Under the pieces are notes generated by a model that made no database searches, was not told where the DNA came from, and saw nothing but the letters and a program-made list of their open reading frames with translations. Source: Felis catus (taxonomy: Eukaryota). From it: DNA of 64,000 nucleotides. Location of the stretch: contig NC_058368.1 in NCBI RefSeq assembly GCF_018350175.1, positions 126,544,001 to 126,608,000 on the forward strand, in the 5' to 3' direction. Below are positions 38,781-51,490 of the stretch, piece by piece (the first letter of the stretch is position 1; each line of letters begins with the position of its first letter). A program made the position numbers and the translations under genes.

Positions 38781-40893
38781 ACTCAGTATTCCTGAGCCCA
38801 GAGCTTAGTTTAAAATGCGCTTGTCACATCCAATTTAATACTCAGATTCTTTCCTTATCATAATCCTGGCTATATTCCTAGGGACTGGTGGTGTAATAAG
38901 AAAAGGGGTTTGACCCACTCTTTTCCCTTTCTGTACCTCCTTTTTGTGGTTACTCTTCCCATGTCAAAAGTGGAAGGAAAGCTGGGAGACAAGGAGACGG
39001 CAGACAGCTTTATCTAATGGGAGATGAATTATAATTCTTTCTTGGCTTCGCCAGCTAAGCCTGTCCTGTTGTCCACACCTTCTGTGTAACATATAGTCAA
39101 ATGCTGGTTCTCTAATGTAGGATGTTCAGGGAGCCCTGCAGGGATCTCCTGCTGTTCAGTGCCATGACATGGAAGTTTGCTCGGGGTCCTTTCCCTTCTA
39201 ACATTCCTTCAGCTGCCTCCTTTCCCTGTTAGTATACCACTAGACTCGTGCACCTCATCCAGGAGACAGTCTTCTCACAAAGTGGGTTAATGGCAAGATG
39301 TCTCAAACGCAGCTACCTGCTTTGGTGTTTATTTATCCATGAGAAACTCACACAGCCTAGCCCTGTTAACCTGTGGGAAGTCAGACCTCCCTCCTGCCTC
39401 CCTGTCTACCCTGCCATTTCTCTCCAGGTCTTAGGAACCCCACACAAGTGCAGATCGGTACTCCCATTGCCTACACAGACACCCATCCAACCCACTCCAA
39501 CTGGCATGTGGCTTTGTGAGTGACAGTTCCATCCCTTTGCAAGGAGTCTAGTTTGAGTCTTGTTGCCAATTTTAGGACAACAATAAGATTCACACTGAAA
39601 AGCCTGTTATCTTTTAAAACAGAACATTTGATCATTGTAAGCATTTTGGATCGTGTTTTGTGAAGAAAAACAATCACCATCTTGACTAAAAGCTTTGAGC
39701 ATGCCTGCATTTGAGTATTATGCCCCAGGTTTTGACAAAATTGAGCATAATCAAAATCCCACTGGGAAGAAGTATGTCAAAGAGATTAATTAAAAAGAAA
39801 GCAAAAATGGCATCTTTCTCTGTCTTTGTGTTAATCATTCTTAGAAAGCAAGCTCTTAAATAAAATGAGTGAAGATGCCTTTTACACAGCTTTGTGAGTT
39901 TTATTAGGTCTTAAAGAGTTCACAAGAGCAGTTAGTGTTTAGTGAAAGTGTCTTAACTTTCATGAGCAGAAACATACTATTGGTTGATATGTTAGGGTCT
40001 TACTGACAATGGAGTCAAAGGCTGCCAATAAAAGAGCTATATGTGACTGTTCCTCTCTTCCAGGGAAGATGAATTGCCATGGTAACACTGCCAAGAAATA
40101 ATAGGTCAAGTTTTATCCTCTGCCTCAGGCTTATTTTATTAGGTTTTACTTAGAAGTGGATGCCATTATAAAATGAAGGTTTGGGTGTTTCAAAGCTAAA
40201 CATCATGACAAGAAAATCTGATCAATAAACTAGTGTAAGAAGGATGGATGAAGGACAGTTGGTAGGAAGGACATCTAAATTGATTGAAGAACTATTTAGA
40301 GGCCAGTTTGTTAGTTCTGTCTTCTGAAATGTGGGCTTGACTTACAGATGATTGTGTAAGTGTGTGTAAATGAATTGAAAGGGACTGTTTGTACCAGATC
40401 AGTAGAGAAGAGTGGTTTGTAAATTTTTTTTTGACAGAAGATTAACTGCTGTTAAGAAAAAAGTTTTTACTTCATTCCAAAAGTAAATATGTAGTAAGAA
40501 AACAAAATATTTAAGCTTCTTGTTTTGCTTACTATATTTATGAGACTATATGCAATGCTCCTTAATGCCTGTCTGTTCATGAAAATGAAAAAATAACCTA
40601 ACCCTTGAGGGAAAGTACCATCAAACAAAAAAAAAATGATATGCGATTATCACCATTTTGTTGTTGCTTTTGTTTTGGAGGGTCATGTCTCAGAATACCT
40701 CATGACTTTGCATTTTTCTATAATAGCATGTCATTCATTTAGGGGTAAAATACCAACATGAAGCAATATATAATTTTTGTCATTTCAAGCAACATTGTTC
40801 TTTCCTTCATATATGTATGTGTGTGCAAATATATAAAAGTCTACTTTTTAAAATCCCAGAGGTATATCAGTTCACCTTTTTGTGAACAGAATT

Positions 40894-41095
40894 TTTTTAA
40901 ATTTTATTTGAGAGAAAGAAAGAGAGAGAAAGAGCAAGTGGGGAGAGGGGCAGAGGGAAAGAGAGAGAAAACCTTAAGCAGGCTTCATGCTCAGCGTGGA
41001 GCCCCACACGGGGCTCGATCCCACGACTTTCAGATCTTGACCTGAGCTGAAGTCAAGAGTCGGGCGCTCAACCCACTGAGTCACTCAGGCACCCC
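40894..41095 (-). mobile_element. Older carnivore Can-SINE
   Basis: Reverse SINE; cagaatt at 40887 and 41096. Confidence 0.9.
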
Positions 41096-41304
41096 CAGAA
41101 TTAGTTTTACATAAGTGGAATATAGTAATGCACTCTAGCATAGCATCCTTCATGAATTCAGGCAGCAAGACTGTGTTAGGCTTCTCAATAAGGCTACCCT
41201 TAATTTTACGTATTTTGTCTTCTGTAAAGTAGTAAGTGGGTATGTGGGTAGCTGTGAAATTTATATTGCTTCTGCCCTGATCATGAGGATTCCAGACTGG
41301 AGTC

Positions 41305-41744
41305 AGTGACTCCAGCAGCAATGCTGTACTGCAAATTGGGTGGCTTAAAAAAATAGAAATGTACTGTCCCACAGTTCTGGAGACTAGAAGTCCCCTTAAG
41401 GTGATGACGAGGCTACGTTCTCTCTCAGGCTCTAGCAGAGAATTCATTTCATCCCTCTCTCCTTATTTCTGGTGGTTGCCAGCAACCCTTGGCTTCCTTG
41501 GCTTCTTGATGTATCACTACAGTCTCTGCCTCTGCCTTCATATGACCTTCTGTGTGTGCTCTGTGTCTCTGTTTCCTCTTCTTCAAAGGATACTAGTCGT
41601 AGGATTGAGGCCCACCCTATCCTGGAATGAACTCATATTAACTAGATTACACCTACAAAGACCCTATTTCCAAGTCAGATTCAAAAGTTCTGGGGGTTAG
41701 GGCTTCAACATATCTTTTGCAGGGAACCCAATACACCCCATACA
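41305..41744. mobile_element. MLT1-type MaLR LTR
   Basis: aaattgggtggcttaaaa..cacagttctggagactagaagtcc...gaccctatttccaa...gggggttagggcttcaacatat. Confidence 0.85.
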
Positions 41745-44100
41745 GTGGCTATGAATTGAGAGAACCTCACCACTGAGGAGGTGGTCTCATTTACAATTTT
41801 GAATCTCTAGTCTGTCTAGTTCTTTAGAAATGGTATTTTCATGATTTTACCTATTTTTTTGTAGACATGTAGGGAATATGATATTCTGATGAATGAAATG
41901 CCTTTAATGTGTAGAATTTTAAAATCTATAAAAGTATGTCTCCAATAGGTAGAATAAATTTAACATAAACCAATCACTGTCCCTAACTGGTAATACGTGT
42001 TCATGAAATGTTTTTGAATGAATGAACAAAAGAATCAATGGGTCAATCAATCTACACTGTTACTAAACTGTATTAAGCATCATTTAATCTTCATTTGATG
42101 CTTCTGAATAATTCCTACAAGAGATTACTACTTGCTTGGAGGCTTGCTGACTATTCCGTTTCATATCTCTGTGTCTGTTTGGAAATTTAGTGAAGTGTGT
42201 CTATACCTTAGGTTGCAGGATCCTCCTCTTTCATTTCTGCTGACAAAACCTCTTTAGTTGTCACAAGTCACGCATTATATCACACGTATAATATCACATA
42301 TTATATCCTCTAGTTTAATTAAATTACTTTTGTTGATCAACTAACATCAATGTGTTCAATTGCGTTTCTTCACGTGTAAAATTGCCTACTTTATCATGTA
42401 TTCGGATTATCTATCCTTTAATATGTTTTTCCCTGTCTAGTCATTCAATAAATGTGTTTTAGTTGTGGTGATGTTATCTGAGTTATATTCCTTTACTAAT
42501 GTTTACTTTATTTTCCTTTTAATCCAGTTCAGAGAGGAGTAACTGCCAAAACAAAAATCAAATTACAATGGAAAGCTATTTCCTTTATCTTAAAGCTGCA
42601 TGTTATCTCTGCGTAAGCCCAAAGGGTTTGAGAATGCAATGCATACAGTTATAAAAAAAAAATAGAATATTTCACCAGAAAAAAATTTAAGGCAAAGACA
42701 GAGATCAAAATGCCAAAATTCAAACTGAAAATGTTCCTAGCTACTACTTATCAAGCTGCTAATGTTTTATATTTTACAGTTCTTTTCTTGACATGCACTC
42801 GAGTATTTGCTAATCAAATCTATCATTAAAGCCAAAAATTCCTCTTAAAAATGTGGATGAGAAATCACAATATTTAAGCCAACTAAAATCATTTTATTTT
42901 TCTTAAAAGAGAAGAAAATGACAGCTAACCTTCATGGAAGACAGTTTTCAGTTTTAGTCATATTTTTATCCTTCACTTTCTCTGTAAGAGATTTCCAGTT
43001 GTGTTTTTCAATTATAGGAACTCTACATTTATAGAAAATCAGCAGGTATCCCCAGTTATCAGAATTAACCGAGCAGAGGAACAATGCAAAACCAAGGTTG
43101 GGAGCCATTTTTCTGAACAAATTGAGAAGAGGTACCGTTGTAGCCAGTTACCTTCTGAGACTGCTCACATTTAATTACATTAGTGGCACTTGACATTATA
43201 AAATGTTTCTTTCTTTCAAATATAACCTTCTATCATCATTAGTAAATGTCAAATGTAATGAAGTGTTTTTCTGACTTATTTTTCTTCCTGATACCATAGG
43301 AAAGAACATGCTAATGAGTTTGTAATTCTGAAGCTGTTTTCAGTGCTCAAAACCAATGAAGAACCAACTTGGTGTCTGGTTTTTTAGCTTAGTTTTACTC
43401 TTTTTGTTGTTATCTTTGTATTTGGGAAGATTTCCTAATACACTTCCCCTATTTGGTGAAGTTTCTTATTCCTCCTAAGAGCATTTAGGTGACAACTACC
43501 TCTAATTAGATTGTGTTTCTGGGTTCAAATCAGAATGGAGTAGAAGGCCCTGACCCTTGCTGTGACTTGAGTGCTTTCTGAAAGTTTCTATTTTTTTTTT
43601 TCTTATAAGCTGGTTTTCTTATAAGCTGTTTTTTTTTTTTTTTTTTTTTTTTTTAAGCTAGCTACCCCTCTGTCTACTTTTAAATTTTGGTAATGGCTAT
43701 CCAACCGTGTGGTTCCCTGTAACATATCAATCATAATACAATAGGGCCTTGATTTCTGCTCTCTCAAAGATTAACAGCACAGAGACTGAAATGAATGTTT
43801 TATAATGCTAGAACTGGTTTCTTTACTGTCAAAATAAAATTAACATCTTAAGAAAAGAGACGCCATCACTGGAAGAGGTCAAGAAGAAGGGGATGTCATA
43901 GTTTTCCAGCACACCATTATTCAGTGTCTGTGTTGAAGACATGCTTGACAGAAAGAGTCTGGGTCACCTTTTAGCAGTGCCTTGGGTGTATTGGCTGTTT
44001 TCTCCTGGTGAAAAATCAGGGGAAAGCTGTCTGTTATATAGAGAGGGCAGCAGGAATGGGGTCCCCAACCTATGAGAAGATTACTCAATGCTAGAAAGCT

Positions 44101-44324
44101 TTTTTTATTTTCAGGATTTTTATCATTTTAATTTTTACACATTTTGTAACTTAAGAAAAAATTTTTTGAGTATAGTTGACACACAATGTTAGTTTCAGGT
44201 ATACAATACCCTAACCCTAACCCTAACCCTTACCCTTGACTGAACAAGTCTTATGTGTGAGGCTGTGCTCACTACAAGTGGAGCTACTATCTGTCATCAT
44301 ACAATAACATTACAGTACCAAGGA
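44101..44324 (-). mobile_element. Short carnivore L1 3' end containing a telomeric insert
   Basis: gagtatagttgacacacaatgttagtttcaggtatacaa...ctgtgctcactacaagtggagctactatctgtca; ctagaaa at 44091 and 44325. Confidence 0.75.
44209..44238 (-). repeat. Short interstitial telomeric repeat (CCCTAA)3 CCCTTA CCCTTG
   Basis: Direct reading. Confidence 0.85.
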
Positions 44325-45994
44325 CTAGAAAACCATTTAAAGTTACTTCACAATAAGAAAAACAAAAGTAATTTTATAAGTAACATATTCTAGAAAGTAG
44401 GAACCCAGGATGAAAGTAGATGTTTTAAAATAATTATGAGGAGTTTAGTTCCCCAAACAGCCAAAATATATTACACAATCTCTGATTATACCATGCTTTG
44501 TAAACATAGTCTTTGGGAATTTGGTTCTCTAACTTTCTTCTTTATTTCACAATTGGATATGATGTTAACTGAATTAAATCCAACATATATCTAAGAATAT
44601 CACATAAGCTTAAGATTGGCTTCTTTCTGCCTGATAAATTTGTATATTTATCTCAATTTTATGCAGCTGATGATATTAATGTTTATCTTGTATGTCTACA
44701 TTTTCATATTTACGTAACATTAAGCAAAGTAAAATAAAACATTCACGTAACTTCCAGGGAACTTCTATTATGGAGGCATGCACCTATGTGGCATTATTAT
44801 GCTTGGGATTCAACTCTTTTTAAAGATGAATTAGCTATTTATGTGCCTATATATAAATAATTTTAAAATTAGATTATTTAGCATTTTTCTTAATGATTTC
44901 TAATACTACTTAGCATATTAAAGATAGTAACTTTTGGTCTTCTGGTACTATGAAAATATATTTCCCACTTTATTTGATTATGTATCATTTTAATTTGATT
45001 TATACCTTTTTTTATATTCAAGGAATTGTCAAATTTTCATGCAGTAAAGTCTGTACTTAGCTTTTTGTTTTCAGCCAATGGTGATACGTTCTGAAAGATC
45101 TTTTCCACAGATTTTGCTCTATTTTTGCTATTTTAGGTACCATAACTTGTTTTCATCCTATCTTTGGAACTGTGTTTCCCTAATACCATCTCATAAACAT
45201 CTCCCTGGTCCTTGTTCTTGGTTTCATGAAAAGTCACATGCTTGGCTAATTCTCAACTTCTCCATATCCCCATGTTCTCCCGGAATCACTTGCTGATTTC
45301 CTTAGCCTTTTTTGATCACCCTTCTCTGAAATGGCAGGGGCCAAATAAAATATACCACACAGACTAGGAGAAAATTGTAAGCAGGGTCATGTTTCTTAGG
45401 GTTAGTCTATGGTGGGGTGTAAGCATCTAAACAGGAGAATACCTGTGGGTGAGGAATAGCATTTCCAACATGAGCCCATCCCAGTAGTGACACTCAGATG
45501 TTTGTTTCATTTGATCACAAAGGATCCTATTCTTGTGTCATCCAACACATCAGCTTTCCCTACAAGGGCTATTAGGGCGACCTGGGTTATATTCCATGTG
45601 CAATGGAGACATTCCTGGGAGAAGAAGAGAAAGACGATCCAGACTGAAGTCAGAAGGAAGATACCATTTCTTTCCAAAGTGCTCAGCACCTAGAGTACTA
45701 GGAAAGAGAAATCAGAGCCCGGGAGATCGGACACCAGGGAGCATGGTGTCATAAGCGATAGCCTAGATCCTGTGAAGACAAAGGGGCAAGAAACAGTTGA
45801 ATTGAGGAATAATTTCTTGAGCTACACTAAACTATACATGACATATATAGGTGACTTCACTGATGTATCTGCCTGATTCCCAGGTTTCACCACAGCATGC
45901 CATCTCTTCTGCAGGCCCTGAACCCCTGTATTTGTAAGCTGCTACCTCCCTTCTTGGGCTAGCCTTGACTCCCCAGCCATCAAAAACAACAGCC

Positions 45995-46230
45995 AGTACT
46001 TGGCATCTGTTGACCACTGTTCGTATGCCAGGTTTTGTGTGAAGCACTTCACATATACTGTTTCACATGATCCTAACAAACATGCTAGACTTTAGAGAGG
46101 GTAAGTGGCTTGTCCACATTCCCCTAGTCATGTAACAGGAAGACAGAAACCCCAAATCTCTTGACTCAAACATCCACAGGAAGCATATGTTTTTATTCTC
46201 ATTTTACAGTGGAATAAGCTGAGATTAAAC
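45995..46230 (-). mobile_element. MIR fragments
   Basis: tatgccagg..tttagagagggtaagtggcttgtcc..ctcattttacagtggaataagctgag. Confidence 0.6.
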
Positions 46231-46640
46231 TGTATGCTTTTAAAAGCAGGGAATTTTCACGAAATTATTTTTCCCCCACAGTGGCCTCTGCTTAGATTAT
46301 AAACACATAATGATGGAGCTAATGAACTCTTCTGGTTTTAAACTATACAAAAAGCTACAGGGTTCTGATATGTATAATCTTTCTTTTTCTTTTATTTTCT
46401 ATAGTGATCTTCTGTTTAATAGAGGGAATATATGTAGAAGGGGTATTTTGAGCTCGATCTCTACCAAAAAAATAATTTTTCATAATATTGTAGAGCTGCT
46501 ATCTGGAAATCATTAGGGAAAACAAGACTAAAAAGATATATAGTTATACATTGCAAGCACAATTTAGACTCTCTATTATGACCGTTTTTGGAATAATTAA
46601 TCACTTCCTAAAACATTTATTGCCTTATTTTTTGAGAGAT

Positions 46641-46659
46641 CATTATTGTTATTTTTTAG
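46641..46659 (+). other. 3' splice site (U-rich tract + AG) of the Rab3 exon
   Basis: cattattgttattttttag directly before GAC. Confidence 0.9.
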
Positions 46660-46784
<125 letters not shown>

Positions 46785-47099
46785 AGGAGCAAATACTCCC
46801 ATCACTAATCATAATGGTGTTTTCATTCAACTTTCTCTTCTTCCTCAAAGCACTGACCACACTGCAATGTAATATGTGTACTTATTGTATACTGTGATCT
46901 CCCTCATGCTTCATAAAGCAGACATGTACTAGCTATGCTAAGAGCTGTTGTTTAGGGATTGAGAAGAAGTCATTTTGGTGACTTTTCTACATTTTGTACC
47001 TTCCAGTGCTTTGCATCCTGTCATGCCTAGTTCCATGGAGACTTTTGATTTTTTTTTTAATATAAATAATGAATGGTTTGGAAGTTTACTGGTCTAATA

Positions 47100-47319
47100 T
47101 AGGGATTAGGAAACTGAGAACCATAGGTCAAATCTGGCGCAATGCTTGTTTTGTAAATAGTTTTATTAAACATAGCCATGCTCATTTTCTTATTGCCTGT
47201 GATGGCTTTCACAGTGCAACAGCAGAGTTAATTAAGTTGTTGTAACAGAAACCATATGACCCACAAAGCCTGAAACCTTTTCTCTCCGGCTGTTGACAGC
47301 AAAAGCTTGCTGACCCCTC
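47100..47319. mobile_element. MER58A hAT-Charlie MITE
   Basis: ggtcaaatctgg..tttgtaaatagttttatt..catagccatgctcatt...cccacaaagcctgaaa..ttgctgacccct; 8-bp TSD-like gtctaata / gtctagat. Confidence 0.85.
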
Positions 47320-47757
47320 GTCTAGATTTGTTAAATAGTTTTCAGTTTTTCTTCAAGTTGAAAAGTTTTGAAGGACTGAGATAAATGCAGAGATAAAACC
47401 AAAGCATGTTCTGACCCATGGCTACACCATCTCTATGAAAACCCCTCTGTCCGTGGTGAGTATGGTTTGCAGTGGAGAGCGTGTGCCCTTGGGTGCAGCT
47501 TCCTTCAGCTTCTTCTACCAGCACCTTGGGAGGAGACATGGAAGAGCTGATGGTCACGGTCATGGATTCAAGCAGCAGGTCTGAGCAGAGTTGCTTTCTT
47601 ATGGAAAGAGCCAGAGTCTCTCTAGAGCTTTGTGTGGTATTGGGAGGAAAATGGAGCTCCCGCTGCTGGTACCAGGACTGAACAGATACCATATTTTAAC
47701 TGAAAATATGGCTTGTCTTCTGCAAGGATTATTAGCTGTACAAAAGTGAAATAAACT

Positions 47758-47974
47758 GGGGCACCTGGGTTGAGCATCCGACTCTTGATTTCAGCTCAGT
47801 TTGTGATCCCAGGGTCATGGGATTGTCCCCCATGTTGGGCTCTGTGCTAGTGTGGAGACCGCTTGGGTCTCTTTCTCTCTGTCTCTCTCTCTCTGTCCCT
47901 CTATCTCCCCCCACTCCCACCTCTGCCCTTCTCCCCTGCTTGAGTGTGCACTCTCTCTCAGAAATATTTTCTTT
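47758..47974 (+). mobile_element. Older Can-SINE
   Basis: TSD aaaagtgaaataaact at 47742-47757 and 47975-47990. Confidence 0.92.
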
Positions 47975-48031
47975 AAAAGTGAAATAAACTATATTTTTTT
48001 CTGTTTTACATGATAGTATAATCCAAAGTGA

Positions 48032-48250
48032 TTTTTTTTAATTTTTTAAATGTTTTTATTTATTTTTGAGACAGAGAGAGACAGAGCATGAGTGGGGAAG
48101 GGACAGAGAGAGGGAGACACAGAATCTGAAGCAGGCTCCAGGCTCTGAGCTGTCAGCACGGAGCCCGACACAGGGCTCGAACCCACAGACTATGAGATCA
48201 TGACCTGAGTCAAAGTTGGCCGCCCAACTGACTGAGCCACCCAGGCACCC
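48032..48250 (-). mobile_element. Can-SINE
   Basis: TSD aaagtgatttttttt at 48025 and 48252. Confidence 0.94.
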
Positions 48251-48409
48251 AAAAGTGATTTTTTTTTACATGTGTATTAGCTCAATGAATGTTGGATGCT
48301 ATTAAAATCTTTAACTTACTTTAGATTATTTCTTTTACATTTTAATTTTCATCCGAGAAAACACCGACATCTTTTCTATTTACACACATAAACACACACA
48401 CAATGCAAG

Positions 48410-48760
48410 AAATGATACATTTACAATAGCATCGCAAAAAGGAAATATATAGCTATAAACTGAAAAGGGAAAGTTTGGGATTATATGAAAAAGTAATAGG
48501 CACATAAAAGAAGGCCTAAGTACTCTTGTTTTTAGTAGACTGAATATTGTAAAAATGCCAGTTTTTCTCAAATTAATTCTTAAATTAAAGGCAATCCCAA
48601 TTAAATACCAGTAGGTTTGGTACAGAATGGAAGGAAATAGAGAGTCCAAACATGACACAAATCTATATGGGGATTTAGTTTATGATGAAAGTACCATTTC
48701 AAATCAGTGACAGAAAGGCTGGTTCAATTAAGAGTGTGGCGATATCTAGTTAATTGTCAC
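48410..48760 (+). mobile_element. Ancient L1 (L1M) ORF2-derived fragment
   Basis: catttacaatagcatc..aaaa; agactgaatattgtaaaaatgccagtt..gcaatcccaattaaatacca; agaatggaaggaaatagagagtcca. Confidence 0.65.
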
Positions 48761-49329
48761 GCACAGCTCCAGCACACATACTGCTGTGCAAAATGGTCAT
48801 TTTAACTTTGATTATTTCCTCCCGGAAATCTTGAGACCCAGTAGTCCCAGGCAGGAAGCGTTCCTGAATCACGTTTCAACTTCAGGATCCCAAATGCTGT
48901 TTGCACCCTCAAGAACTGAGTTCATTAAAACCAAATGGCAATAAGGCCGGGAGCCCAAGCTCTCTATACTCCTGACTCTAGTATCAGAAATGATGTAGAG
49001 AAGTTCAGTGTCCATACACCCTATTCCACACCTTCCCCCACTTACTCCAGTCAACCCAGCTTTTCCCCCACCAAGGCTTCCTCACCTTTCAACAGACTAC
49101 CTGCGCTACATCAGTCTTCCTCTTCCTCAAACTCCTTATTTGACTCTTAACTCACTCTTCGTTTTTGAAGCTCTGTTTCCTTTTTTGGGGTGGGGGAGGG
49201 GAGGAGTATTTTCCAGATTCTTCTTGTCTCACTCTAGGACTGCTTCCCATTCTACTTCCAAGATTTCCCTCACTCAGCCAAGGGTAAGTGTACCCCCATG
49301 GTTTGTTCAGTTGGGCTCATTTTTAGTTT

Positions 49330-50580
49330 CCTTGCCTATCTTATCCACTCACACACATCATTTATCACTTACACCAGATGGCTCCCAAGTTTACATTTCT
49401 GGCTCCAGTCTATCTTTTAAGCTGCTGTGTTGCATTTCCAGGTGCCCAAAATATTTCTTCACCTGGATATCCTGCTGGTGCCTCAGAATCAATGATCTCT
49501 GCCTGAAGTTGCTCACCTGCCTGACATCATTATTTCTTCTCATTGAGACCACAACACTCTGTCACCCACTGTCCACCCTGAATCCAGTTCTAACTTCCAA
49601 CCATCCTAATCTGGAACTTGATCTTGAATTTTAATTTTTCCTGAATATCTTTTGATTCTGCTTCTGCCTTTCCATTCCTTCTGTGACCATCATTGCTTCT
49701 TCTAATTTTTTTTCCCTCTACCCTCATAGTAGCCTTTCTAACTGATCTTTCTCCCTTTAGATTTCTTCCTGTCTCAAGCTATCCTATCCCACTGCTGCTA
49801 TCAGAGTCTTCCAAAGGAATAGGATCCTAAAGATCACTGGAAGACCCTGCCCAAAATTCTTGACTTACCATCACCTACTTAATTAATTAAAGTTTCTTCA
49901 GCCTGACTTTCAGACACACCACATTTATGGATCCGCTGTGTCTGTATAGTCTCTTCTCACTATCCTAGAGTCCAACTGATCTATTCACTGTTTCTACAAC
50001 ACATCCTAAACTTTCCAACCTTTGTCAGTTTTTCCTTTGATGTCACACCTGCTTTGCATACCTTTTTCACAGCCTACTGCCTCTACACCATGTAGGTCTG
50101 TCAAAACCCATGTCCATCCATAAGCCAATCCTTACTTACTCATTTTTATTCATCCACAATTGTATGATCATTATTATTAGAATTTTCTTATCCACTCAAC
50201 AAATATTTATTGAGTACCCACTCTTGACAATCTGCCGGACATTTTATTTATGCCATCATTTACTATCCCAGTTAATGGATAGTAAATTCAGATCCCCCGG
50301 TTCTCTGATATAGAAGTCTGAGCACTGTTTTTGATTTCTTTACACGTCACAGCTCATTGACCACCAAGTCCAATATTTTGACTTTCTGCATGCCTCTCAA
50401 ATCTATTCTTATCTTATGTCCCTATTGCTACTGTCTTCATCTAGACTGTCATTAGCTCTCATCTACTTTAGGAACCTTCTATCTTGTCTTTTTACCATTA
50501 GGTCCTACTCACCCCACATTCTATATCATATGGCCATCAGACCTAGTGAACTTTAAACATGTCTTAAAAATAAAATCTGT
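49330..50580. mobile_element. Degraded L2 fragments
   Basis: gatggctcccaagtttacatttctggctccag...cacctggatatcc...; tccactcaacaaatatttattgagtacc L2 tail; boundaries approximate. Confidence 0.6.
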
Positions 50581-51211
50581 AGTAATGTTTTATTACCTAT
50601 CATAGTGCTCCCTAGAGCCCATCTGAATTACTGTGAACCTTTGACAACATGAAGAAGCCCAGGGTCCACTCTGGACATACTAAGCCACATCTTCAGTGAT
50701 AAATATATATTTATTTGAGTATATATATTTTTGAAAGCTTCATGAATGATCCTGAAGCCCCTTTCTGATTAAGGCCACTCATTCAAAATGAAACCCGAAC
50801 ATGGTAAACAGTGTAGCCTCCATTTATCTATTTCACTAAAATCATCTCCTGCCACTCTCCTCCTTTGGCTCTTTATTTCAATCAGAAAACTTTTCTCAAT
50901 TTGTCTGCTTGGCATACCTTCTTTGTTATCTTTCCAACTCATTCACCTTTTAAGACCAGCTCAAATGTCAACTCTTCTATGAAGCTTTTGAAGATACTGC
51001 TCCCCCCTTTCCTATCCACCCATTTTCCAAGTCCAAGGGACAGTACTACTCACACCCTTATCTCTGCATCCACACCATCCTAATATTTTCTACAGATCAC
51101 ATAAGGAACCTAGCAGGCTCTTGTTATTTGATTACGTTTTTTCTTCTGTATTAAACTGTGAATTCATTAATCTTTTTTTCTCTAGTACTGAATACAGTAT
51201 AATCTTATAAA

Positions 51212-51490
51212 TTTTTTTCTGAATTTTTATTGTAGTGAAATATACATGGCAAAATTTACAACCCTAACCATTTTTTAAGTGTAAAGTTAGTGGTAATAAA
51301 TACATTGTTAGTGTTGTCGCAACCATCACTACCATACATCTCCAGAACCGTTCATCTTGCAAAACGGAAACTCTATACCCTTTAAATAATAACTTCCTAT
51401 TCTTTTCTCTCCTCAGCCTCTGGCAACTACTGTTGCCAGAATTTGACTTTTCTAAGTACCTCATATAAGTAGAGTCATAGTAATCTATTA
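51212..51490 (-). mobile_element. L1MB-like 3' end
   Basis: aaaatttacaaccctaaccattttttaagtgta...caaccatcactaccat..ctccagaac..catcttgcaaaacggaaactctatacc. Confidence 0.85.

Noticed and set aside
49008..49634. Longest ORF (208 aa)
   Set aside because: It is a Leu/Ser/Pro-rich translation of pyrimidine-rich DNA running into degraded L2, has a non-ATG start, and has no recognisable domain.
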